Of a stretch of 64,000 bases of DNA, positions 9,361 through 17,242 are shown piece after piece (the first letter of the stretch is position 1; every line of letters starts with the position of its first letter). The DNA is from a virus. Under the pieces are notes generated by a model, which was not told the origin of the DNA, made no database searches, and saw only the letters and a program-made list of their open reading frames with translations. The DNA is taken from the IMG/VR virus record IMGVR_UViG_3300037882_001492, positions 54,191 through 118,190 of that record. One strand, given 5' to 3'. The translations under genes and the position numbers were made by a program.

Positions 9361-10965
9361 CTATGAAGCGTGTAATTTTGTTACACCTTCGCGTTTCTCT
9401 ACTAAAATAATATTGCTCTCATCTTCTAACAAAGAATTGAGTTCGTCATTGTGAGTAATGACAATAATCTTCTTATCCTTAGCAAGCGTATCAAAGATTT
9501 CAACTAAACCTTGGACACCAATACTGTCTAATGAATCTGCGACTTCATCAAAGAAGATCACATTAGATTTGTTCTTTCCAGTAAAGAGAAGTAAGTCATT
9601 TAATGCTAACATTACTGCTAAGTTTACTCTCTTCTTCTCACCGCCAGACAAGTTTTTGAATTCAGTTTCGGCTTCTCCGATATAGATTAACTCTTCAAGC
9701 TTTTCGTTAAAGAACAAAGCCAAAGAGTTATTACTAAGTTGTTTTAAATACTTGTTAACAGAGTCGTTGAAGAAGTCTAAGATATTGACAATAACAAACT
9801 GAATAATACCTTGCTCTGAAAACACTTGTTCCCAATATTTAAGTAACTCATATTCAGTTGCTAAGTCTAACGCCTCTTTAGAGAGTTGATCGTATCTTGC
9901 TTGCTGTTCAACAAGTTGTTCCGAAAAAATAGATTCTTGACTTTGAAAATCTTTAATTTTCTCAACTAATTCAAAGTCTTGGACTGTAATTGGGATTTCA
10001 AGTCCTTCAAGTTCTTTAAGGAGAATATTTCTTTCCTTTTTCTTTTGATGTTCTTCTTCGGTAAGATGTGCAATCTTTTCTCTAGCATTTGTGAGAAGTC
10101 TTTCATTGACGGCAAAGCCACAGTTTTCACACTTTTCTTTTTCAAGTTTCTTAAGTTCCTCGTTAAAATAATGTAATTCGTTATGAATACGAGAGATTTG
10201 AGTCCCAAGGCTTGATTCTAAACTAATAACTTCACTACGCTTTCTTTCCATTTCTTGAATTTGTGAAATAGAATGATTCTTAATGAAATCCTTAGATTTA
10301 GGATCAGAGAAAATCTTATTCGCTGTTTGAATTGATTTTCTTGCAAAGTTAAGTTTGTCTTTTAACTTTGTATTAGATTGTCCAATCTCGTCCACTAAAA
10401 CTTGTTTAGCTTTGAGATTAGTTGTAGTTTCTGCTTTCTTTACTTTAATACTATCACGCTTCTCAAAAATCTGTTTAAGGTTTAAGAAGTTTTGAATGAT
10501 CTTTCTCTTTTGTTCAGGGGTTGCAGAAAGAAATCCAGTTTCATTTGCTTGCCCATGAACCATAGACATTAGAAACAATTCAGGAGTTATGTTAAGATAA
10601 TCAAATAACCATGCTTTTGTTTCTTCCATGTTTTCACCAACATGGTCTTTACCATCAATTATTACAGAAAGTTTAGGTGGGTTTTTATGTCTTTCAATGA
10701 TAACATTTCCATTAACTTGCATTGTAACTCTGCATTTCTTATCAATACGAGTATTGGAGATATTGGTAGCCTTTCTGATTGTCTTGCCAGATAAGCACCA
10801 ATAAATAGCCTCAATAATTGCACTTTTCCCTGCACCATTCGATCCAATTGGATCGGTGTCATGGTTGATACCTTTTATCCGCGTAATGGGCGCTAGAGCG
10901 TCAAAATTCAGATAAATCTCACCAACTGAGAATAAACCTTCTATTTTAATCCAGTTTATTTGCAT
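9361..10965 (-). CDS. sbcC: SbcC/Rad50-like recombination ATPase (gp46-like)
   Basis: GSNGAGKS, coiled coil with CENCG zinc hook, LSGGEKKR, FFDEVADSLD and ITHN. Confidence 0.95.
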   Translation of the reverse strand: MQINWIKIEGLFSVGEIYLNFDALAPITRIKGINHDTDPIGSNGAGKSAIIEAIYWCLSGKTIRKATNISNTRIDKKCRVTMQVNGNVIIERHKNPPKLSVIIDGKDHVGENMEETKAWLFDYLNITPELFLMSMVHGQANETGFLSATPEQKRKIIQNFLNLKQIFEKRDSIKVKKAETTTNLKAKQVLVDEIGQSNTKLKDKLNFARKSIQTANKIFSDPKSKDFIKNHSISQIQEMERKRSEVISLESSLGTQISRIHNELHYFNEELKKLEKEKCENCGFAVNERLLTNAREKIAHLTEEEHQKKKERNILLKELEGLEIPITVQDFELVEKIKDFQSQESIFSEQLVEQQARYDQLSKEALDLATEYELLKYWEQVFSEQGIIQFVIVNILDFFNDSVNKYLKQLSNNSLALFFNEKLEELIYIGEAETEFKNLSGGEKKRVNLAVMLALNDLLLFTGKNKSNVIFFDEVADSLDSIGVQGLVEIFDTLAKDKKIIVITHNDELNSLLEDESNIILVEKREGVTKLHAS

Positions 10966-11151
10966 TTATAGTTCATCAGGGCAATCTTGACAATGCATAT
11001 TTGGTTCTAATCCACCGGGATTATAATATATAATTCCATTAGGATGACCTTTAATACGGCACATTAAATGACTAAAACTTGTTAAGTCTTTAAACAAATA
11101 TTGATGCCACTAAATTGAAAACCATCTATAAGGGTCTAATTTCCTTTTCAT
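10966..11151 (-). pseudogene. Small Cys/His protein frame interrupted by an in-frame TAG (pseudogene or readthrough)
   Basis: MKRKLDPYRWFSI*WHQYLFKDLTSFSHLMCRIKGHPNGIIYYNPGGLEPNMHCQDCPDEL fills the sbcD-sbcC gap, and its TAA abuts the sbcC ATG. Confidence 0.55.
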
Positions 11152-12145
11152 AATATTCTAATAACAAATCTGTTGTATAAGATTCAGGTTTAAGTAGCAC
11201 ATACTCCTTAACCAAATCATCAATCTGTTTACCTGTCATATCTCTAACAGTAACTAAGTTGTTTTCATCGGCTAAACTTGCTTCGGTTTTAACAGCAAAC
11301 TCAAGATGGTTTACTGAATATTTGGAAGTGAATTGGTCATAAAGTTTACTTTCGACAGCGACTTTAAACTTATCAACTTCCACGCGGACCAATAAGAAAA
11401 ATTGATTTGGTGAAAACTTCTTTAAGAGTTCTTCGATTTCTTCGTAAGAACCCCTAATATGTCTAATACCAAAGTTAATTACTTTCTTGTTAATCTGTTT
11501 GATTGTTCTATCGTGGATAAGAATCTCATGGAGATACTTATCTGAGTTTGCTTCTCCGAATGAGATTGAATATTGAGTTCCAAGAACATAACTTTTTCCA
11601 CTCTCGATTGGAGTGTGTAAATGTCCCATAAAACAATAACGGTCTTTAATGTGTTGCTTTGTAATTAAAGACTCGTATGCTCTACCTCTAACAGCAACAC
11701 ATCCTGCATAACCCCAATGTCCGAAAACTGGAAGATTAGGGTATTGCTTTAAGTCTCTTAAAATAAGTTCTTCGGATTCGTAGTGTGGGCTAAACAAAAA
11801 ATCCACGCCGCAAATATTAACAATCTCAGCGCCTTTAACTACTTTAACTTTTTCATTTTGAAATAAATCTAATACTGTATCAGTAGTGTCGGACTTCGAA
11901 ACAGTATCGTGATTTCCTCTATTTACAATGATTCTCTTGGCTTTAAGATTGTCTAATAAACTTTTAAATGCAAGTAATTCAGTCGCCCTGGGGCTTCTTT
12001 TATGGAAAATGTCTCCATTGATTACAACTGCGTTTGGTCGTTTGTCATTTACAAGTTTTAAAAGCGTTTTAATTTGTGCATCTAAAAATCCAACTACATA
12101 GTCAGACCTAAGATGAATATCAGTTAAGACAATTATTGATTCCAA
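11126..12145 (-). CDS. sbcD: SbcD/Mre11-like metallophosphoesterase nuclease (gp47-like)
   Basis: DIH, GDIFH, GNHD and GHLH motifs, next to sbcC. Confidence 0.93.
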   Translation of the reverse strand: MESIIVLTDIHLRSDYVVGFLDAQIKTLLKLVNDKRPNAVVINGDIFHKRSPRATELLAFKSLLDNLKAKRIIVNRGNHDTVSKSDTTDTVLDLFQNEKVKVVKGAEIVNICGVDFLFSPHYESEELILRDLKQYPNLPVFGHWGYAGCVAVRGRAYESLITKQHIKDRYCFMGHLHTPIESGKSYVLGTQYSISFGEANSDKYLHEILIHDRTIKQINKKVINFGIRHIRGSYEEIEELLKKFSPNQFFLLVRVEVDKFKVAVESKLYDQFTSKYSVNHLEFAVKTEASLADENNLVTVRDMTGKQIDDLVKEYVLLKPESYTTDLLLEYYEKEIRPL

Positions 12146-12147
12146 AA

Positions 12148-12342
12148 TTATTTAAATACAAATTTATACCCCCCGCATTTTTTGTCGGGGATTTTTTTAA
12201 TTCGAACACCATTTGATAAACATTCTTCACAAAGATGATATGAAGTCTCTTCTTGGCTACATCCGTACTTTAAACTAAATTTATCTGAACCTATAGCACA
12301 AGCAATATTGCAACAATCACAAATATAAGTAATTTTTCTCAT
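12148..12342 (-). CDS. Small zinc-finger protein
   Basis: CDCC...HLCEEC, with an ATGA overlap with the polymerase gene. Confidence 0.65.
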   Translation of the reverse strand: MRKITYICDCCNIACAIGSDKFSLKYGCSQEETSYHLCEECLSNGVRIKKIPDKKCGGYKFVFK

Positions 12343-13916
12343 AGTAGTAATTTATCGAGATTAGAGACTTTATCATTTACGAATTCAACATGAGTGCCAC
12401 TTCCAAATGATTTTCCTACCTCTATATCTATGGTGAACGGAACATCAAAATCAATTCCAAATACCTTGTTATAGTATGATAGATCAGTCATGCCTTTTCT
12501 GATAATATAAATTGCCTTTTCCAAATTTTCAGGAGTGACTTGACCTTCATACGAGTCATGTACATTCGCTAAGGTTTCAAGATCAATACCTGTTTTCTCA
12601 ATAAGACGATTAATACGATAAGTTGCTGTTACCAACATATCAGATACCGGACTTTGAATCTTAAAGTTTACACCTTGTCTTAATGCTCGCTCTCTATATT
12701 TAATATTCGGGCTATAGACATTCAATAAATGGCGTTTACGGCCAAACAAGGATTCTGCATATCCGTCTTTGCCTACTTGCTCTCTTGTAGCATTGATCCA
12801 GTTCACCACGCCAGGAAAGGCTTTAAAGTATTGTTGGAAAACTTGCTTACAGAATGCTTTAGGTTTCTTAGATACTAAAGAAAGTTTAGAAGGTCCGCCA
12901 CCATAGACAATCAAGAATGAGATTGATTTAGCAATTTGTCTTTCTTCCTTTGTAATCTCTGAGACTGGTTTCTTGAACACAAGAGAAGCAGTAAATTTAT
13001 GTAAGTCTTCTCCTGATAAAAATGCTGAAATAAGATTCTTGTCTCGACATTGATACGCCAACATTCTCAATTCAGCAGTAGAGAAATCTGCTGCAATAAA
13101 CAACTTACCTTCATCTGAAATGAACAGGTTTCTAAGGTTGACCGGATCTTCGTCATCTACTCTTGGAAGAGTATGGAATCCAACACCTTTTAATTGAGTT
13201 TTGTTAACTAACTTAGAAGTCTTTTTAGTAATCTTCTGCTCTTTAATTTTAACAGTTGTATTAGAGCATGAAAGACGACCAGTTACTACTACAGAGAAGT
13301 TATAACTAGGATGATTTCTATTCTTTCCATTCCACTTGATTGTTTTTTTAATATTGGTGACATAAGTGGAATATTGTTTATCGCGCTTTCTGAACTTTAG
13401 CAAACATTCCAAGAATGGAATTGCTTTCTCTTCTAATTCAGTTCTAGAATCTTGTGCGGCTAATTTTGCTAACAGGGTTTGGCATACTTTAGCATCTGTT
13501 GATGGCATTGTACTTTTAGGATTAAATCTAGTTGGAGTTAGATCAAATCCTGCCGAAGTAAACAACACTACGATTAAATCTTTAGGTGACTTAATATTAA
13601 TGTCTGGAATTGGGCTTAAAGTCATGCATTCTTTCTCTAAGTCTATAAGCATCTGACTGAGTTGTTTATCTAACTCATCCAATGCTTTCTCATCAATTCG
13701 CATTCCACGATATTCCATCGCTCCAAAGTCCATAAGAACTGGTGCGAGAACTGCATCATAGATTTTAGGCCTACCTTCTTTTGTTAAGTCAGCTTCAATC
13801 TTATCAAATACCCTTAAGGTAAAATCACAGTCCAATGCATTACCAAGAGCTAATTTGTCTAATGACAAATTAGCCCAATCAACGCATTCTAGGTCTTTTT
13901 TACTTACTGTAAGCAT
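12339..13916 (-). CDS. polA: Family A DNA polymerase, C-terminal part (ExoIII region plus polymerase domain)
   Basis: TGRLS, motif A ADFSTAELR, DLH, motif B RQIAKSISFLIVYG, NFKIQS and motif C VHDS. Confidence 0.93.
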   Translation of the reverse strand: MLTVSKKDLECVDWANLSLDKLALGNALDCDFTLRVFDKIEADLTKEGRPKIYDAVLAPVLMDFGAMEYRGMRIDEKALDELDKQLSQMLIDLEKECMTLSPIPDINIKSPKDLIVVLFTSAGFDLTPTRFNPKSTMPSTDAKVCQTLLAKLAAQDSRTELEEKAIPFLECLLKFRKRDKQYSTYVTNIKKTIKWNGKNRNHPSYNFSVVVTGRLSCSNTTVKIKEQKITKKTSKLVNKTQLKGVGFHTLPRVDDEDPVNLRNLFISDEGKLFIAADFSTAELRMLAYQCRDKNLISAFLSGEDLHKFTASLVFKKPVSEITKEERQIAKSISFLIVYGGGPSKLSLVSKKPKAFCKQVFQQYFKAFPGVVNWINATREQVGKDGYAESLFGRKRHLLNVYSPNIKYRERALRQGVNFKIQSPVSDMLVTATYRINRLIEKTGIDLETLANVHDSYEGQVTPENLEKAIYIIRKGMTDLSYYNKVFGIDFDVPFTIDIEVGKSFGSGTHVEFVNDKVSNLDKLLL

Positions 13917-13919
13917 GTT

Positions 13920-14912
13920 TTAATACTCTTGTAACTCTTTCGGGTAATACATTTTAACAATTTCACTCAACGCATGACCTCTGTTTTCGTCAAGAAGGGC
14001 ATGGAGTAATTGTACATCGTGTACATTATTATACGCCGTAATCCCCTCATTCATAAGGAATTTCTGATCGAACTTAGGATTGGCGAGGATCTTTTTAATG
14101 GAGCGATCTTCTAATAAGCGTTTAATCAAACCTTTAATCTCTTCTAAATCTTTATCGGAATAAGGAGATTCGAAATGTTTAAACGGAACTACGAAAGCAC
14201 TATACGGCTTATATGATGCTCCAAAGCAAGTAATTTTATCTGTATGGAAGTCTAATCCGGTTGTCTCTAAGTCAACAGAAACTTTTTCTGCTTTAAAACA
14301 TTGTTCGAACTCCTTCCGAACTTCTTCCATAGTCATACAGGTCTTATAGGAAGATTCACCGGGTTTGTTCATTCCAAGAATAACTTTGTTATAAGCATTA
14401 GTTAAATCTTCAACAAAGATTCGTCTAACTGTTGGTTCTAAATAAACAACAGTTGGATGCAGGGATGGGATAACGCTAATTTGTTTTCCACCAGTTTCAA
14501 TAAAGAATTCTTTTCCACGCTTGTTATAAATCCCACTCTTCTTAAGAACAGACAAACAAGCAGAATTCCCTAATGGAATAATAAGTTTTGGATTGACGAC
14601 ATTAATTAATGCCTCAACCTCTTCTCTATAAGCACGAACTTCATTATCAGTTAAAATCTCTTCATTAACATCAGCAAACGGAACTGCTGAAATCCATTCG
14701 TAATCACAATCAATTGAAGTCCTCTTGAGTAAAGACTTAACAACAGAATGCGCTTCTTCGGCAAACGGATAATATTGACCTGACTCATACCAATCAAACA
14801 TTGATGTTACCACAAATAGAACATCAACCTGTTTGAGTTTATTGAAGGTTACCCGTGTGTATTTAAATTTAAGCGGATCAGTTTCCGAAGAAATAGTAGA
14901 AATTTCTTGCAT
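13920..14912 (-). CDS. Family A DNA polymerase, N-terminal part (degenerate UDG-like domain plus 3'-5' exonuclease I/II)
   Basis: NPKLIIPLGN and PSLHP (UDG-like), ExoI DLETTGL, ExoII ANPKFDQ and HALLDEN. Same domain order as SPO1-type polymerases. Confidence 0.85.
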   Translation of the reverse strand: MQEISTISSETDPLKFKYTRVTFNKLKQVDVLFVVTSMFDWYESGQYYPFAEEAHSVVKSLLKRTSIDCDYEWISAVPFADVNEEILTDNEVRAYREEVEALINVVNPKLIIPLGNSACLSVLKKSGIYNKRGKEFFIETGGKQISVIPSLHPTVVYLEPTVRRIFVEDLTNAYNKVILGMNKPGESSYKTCMTMEEVRKEFEQCFKAEKVSVDLETTGLDFHTDKITCFGASYKPYSAFVVPFKHFESPYSDKDLEEIKGLIKRLLEDRSIKKILANPKFDQKFLMNEGITAYNNVHDVQLLHALLDENRGHALSEIVKMYYPKELQEY

Positions 14913-14938
14913 TAATAAGGTTCCCTTACTATAATAGA

Positions 14939-15325
14939 ATGGTTAGGGGAATGACAAAAAAGAAAAAACATTACTTAAATAATAAGCGATTCGAAGAAGT
15001 AATATTCGGGTACCAAAAAGATAAAGCTGCATATGAGGATGAACTAGTTGAGATGTTCACACTCTTATATACGAATGTTTTTATGACATTTAAGTTTAAT
15101 GTTGATAAAGACGACGCATATCAAGAGTGTTTTATTCTATTTGCAAAAGTATTAGATAAGTTTACACCGGACAAAGGATCTGCTTTCAATTATTTTACAA
15201 CAGTTCTGTTAAATCATCTGCGTTACATTTACACTAAAAATAAGAAATACAACCAAAAGATTCTAGAGTATAGAAAAGAAATGGGTGATATTGATATTAA
15301 CTTAGATTTTACCGATGAAATTTAA
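14939..15325 (+). CDS. Late-transcription sigma factor (T4 gp55-like), very short
   Basis: KKHYLNNKRF and KFTPDKGSAFNYFTT match gp55-family sigma region 2. TATAAT lies 3 nt upstream of the ATG. Confidence 0.8.
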   Translation: MVRGMTKKKKHYLNNKRFEEVIFGYQKDKAAYEDELVEMFTLLYTNVFMTFKFNVDKDDAYQECFILFAKVLDKFTPDKGSAFNYFTTVLLNHLRYIYTKNKKYNQKILEYRKEMGDIDINLDFTDEI

Positions 15326-15330
15326 ATTAA

Positions 15331-15567
15331 TTATTTAGTAAATTCTTTAATAAGAACTGTTGTGTATAAATCATCTTGATGTTTATTTTTAATTTCCTCA
15401 GCTTCTTCTAAAGTTTTAGCTTTTCCAAGAAAGCAATACGCATGACGGCCAAAATGGGCAGTTCGTGTTTGTCTAAGAATTGCAAATTTATAAATTGCTT
15501 TATCGTATCCAATCAAAAGCATTCCTAAATCTTTGCAATAAACTGAATCGTTCTCTTTAATTCTCAT
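15331..15567 (-). CDS. Hypothetical protein
   Basis: Coupled 78 aa ORF. Confidence 0.55.
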   Translation of the reverse strand: MRIKENDSVYCKDLGMLLIGYDKAIYKFAILRQTRTAHFGRHAYCFLGKAKTLEEAEEIKNKHQDDLYTTVLIKEFTK

Positions 15568-15874
15568 TAAAATGATTGTAGATTGAAGGGTATTCTGTTA
15601 TAATAGAAACTCGTCCGTTGACTACTCTCATAAGTGCTGGTGCTACTGTTACAGAAAAGGTTCCCCATAATTCAGGGAAATCAGACGCACTAATAACATA
15701 TAAAATATTATCTCTATTTGGAAATCTAGCGGCCCATTTTTCTGCTTGGATTAACATTTTTTTGCAGTAATCGTCATGGTCTGAAATCATCAGAACATCA
15801 AATGTTTTTCCCTTGCGTTTCTTTAGAAGAAGTTTTGCTTCTTCGGGATCAGAAATTCTTTCTATGTCTCTCAT
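15557..15874 (-). CDS. Thioredoxin-fold protein lacking CxxC
   Basis: SDHDDYCKK at the active-site position, and PELWGTFSVTVAPAL with a cis-Pro-like motif. Confidence 0.55.
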   Translation of the reverse strand: MRDIERISDPEEAKLLLKKRKGKTFDVLMISDHDDYCKKMLIQAEKWAARFPNRDNILYVISASDFPELWGTFSVTVAPALMRVVNGRVSIITEYPSIYNHFNEN

Positions 15875-16263
15875 TAAATTACTTCTTCGAAAATTTCTGT
15901 GCCATCAGCCAATACTTGTCCGTTAAATTTATAATCTCTTTCATATTTTAGAAATTCCATTTTAGGTACACCGAAATCTTTTTGAAGATTATGTATTGTT
16001 TTGTGGCGAACATAACAACTACGAAATCCATTCGTGCAACGCATAACAGAAATCGGTTTTGATTCCAAACCATCAGCCGATCTTAAAATAATAGATTTAG
16101 TTTGTGGGACAGATTGTGCTATTAATTCTTCTCTTCTAATGTCTTGGAGTTCCCCAAGTACCTCACTATAGGTAGCCGCACGATCAAACAGTTTGCGTTC
16201 AAAAGAGTCACTAATTTTATGCTTTAAAAAATCATGCATTCTTTGATATGAATTATGTTTCAT
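15874..16263 (-). CDS. Hypothetical protein
   Basis: TAATG-coupled at both ends. Confidence 0.65.
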   Translation of the reverse strand: MKHNSYQRMHDFLKHKISDSFERKLFDRAATYSEVLGELQDIRREELIAQSVPQTKSIILRSADGLESKPISVMRCTNGFRSCYVRHKTIHNLQKDFGVPKMEFLKYERDYKFNGQVLADGTEIFEEVI

Positions 16264-16634
16264 TACGAACTAGCCTCCATTTGTTCTACTTTCTCTGATG
16301 ATTCTTCGGCCATTACAGCATTTGCTTTGGCTTTAATTTCTTCTAAGGCTCTCTTCATTTCTTCTGAAATTGATGCAAGACCTCGCATAAAGATTTGACG
16401 CATTAAATCATCGCTAGATGCAATGTCTTTAAAAGCCTCTTTAATGAAATTAAATTGTTCCGTCCCTTGTTTGTCTAGTTTTAAATAAATTTTCATTCTT
16501 CTATCGGTTTTTGTTTTACTTGTAAAGGTTAATTGATTGATATCAATTTTTTGCATCTGTTCAGATTTATCTGCTAATTTCAGCATTGTGTCCGACAGAT
16601 ATTCTAGTAACTCTTTTTTCTGTGCCGAATCCAT
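16263..16634 (-). CDS. Hypothetical protein, possibly ribbon-helix-helix DNA-binding
   Basis: RRMKIYLKL strand followed by helices. It has its own promoter motif. Confidence 0.6.
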   Translation of the reverse strand: MDSAQKKELLEYLSDTMLKLADKSEQMQKIDINQLTFTSKTKTDRRMKIYLKLDKQGTEQFNFIKEAFKDIASSDDLMRQIFMRGLASISEEMKRALEEIKAKANAVMAEESSEKVEQMEASS

Positions 16635-16647
16635 TGTGGTTCTTCCT

Positions 16648-16699
16648 ATTATACTAGCCCATAGAAATTTTCAAAAAAATTCGATAGGAAAACTATAAT
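16648..16699. promoter_or_regulatory. Back-to-back divergent AAATTY-N11-TATAAT promoters
   Basis: Minus copy at 16648-16670 (AAATTT-N11-TATAAT) and plus copy at 16677-16699 (AAATTC-N11-TATAAT). Confidence 0.65.
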
Positions 16700-16705
16700 A
16701 CTGTA

Positions 16706-17242
16706 ATGGATCTTGATAAATTATTAGAGGATAAAGAGTTTGGAAGAAAGAAACGAGTCAACTCAAAACAAAAGGGAAGTAGATTTGAGCGTGATATTGT
16801 AAAATTCTTAAATGAACGCTTTGGCAATTACGGCAAATTTGCACGAACACCAGGAAGCGGCGCATTCGCAACAACGCATGATCTTCCAGACCATATTATC
16901 TTGCATGAAGATATTATCGCTCCTAAGAACTTCCAGTTTCTCATTGAATGTAAAAATGGTTATGACTTAGACCTAACTGATTTATTTAATTTTAACTCGC
17001 AACTTTACAAGTGGATTCAAAAACTTGAAGCCAAAAGTTTTGAAAACGCTCAGAAATGGTGTATAATATATAAAAAGAATAGAAATAAGAAAGTAATAAT
17101 TACTAATAAAGAAGTAAAAGAAGAATATACACCTATTACTATAGTAACATTAAATTCAAAGGACTTAGTTAATACTTGCTTCCTCTATGAGTTTGATGAA
17201 TTTTTCAATCTTCCTGATAGTACCTTCTTTAACTTTAGTTAG
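16706..17242 (+). CDS. Holliday junction resolvase (Hjc-like PD-(D/E)xK)
   Basis: NSKQKGSRFER, RTPGSGA, DII and IECK. Confidence 0.85.
   Translation: MDLDKLLEDKEFGRKKRVNSKQKGSRFERDIVKFLNERFGNYGKFARTPGSGAFATTHDLPDHIILHEDIIAPKNFQFLIECKNGYDLDLTDLFNFNSQLYKWIQKLEAKSFENAQKWCIIYKKNRNKKVIITNKEVKEEYTPITIVTLNSKDLVNTCFLYEFDEFFNLPDSTFFNFS

Noticed and set aside
13914-13922. Group I intron or split intein explaining the split polA
   Set aside because: Only 3 nt separate the halves, and neither end carries intein motifs.
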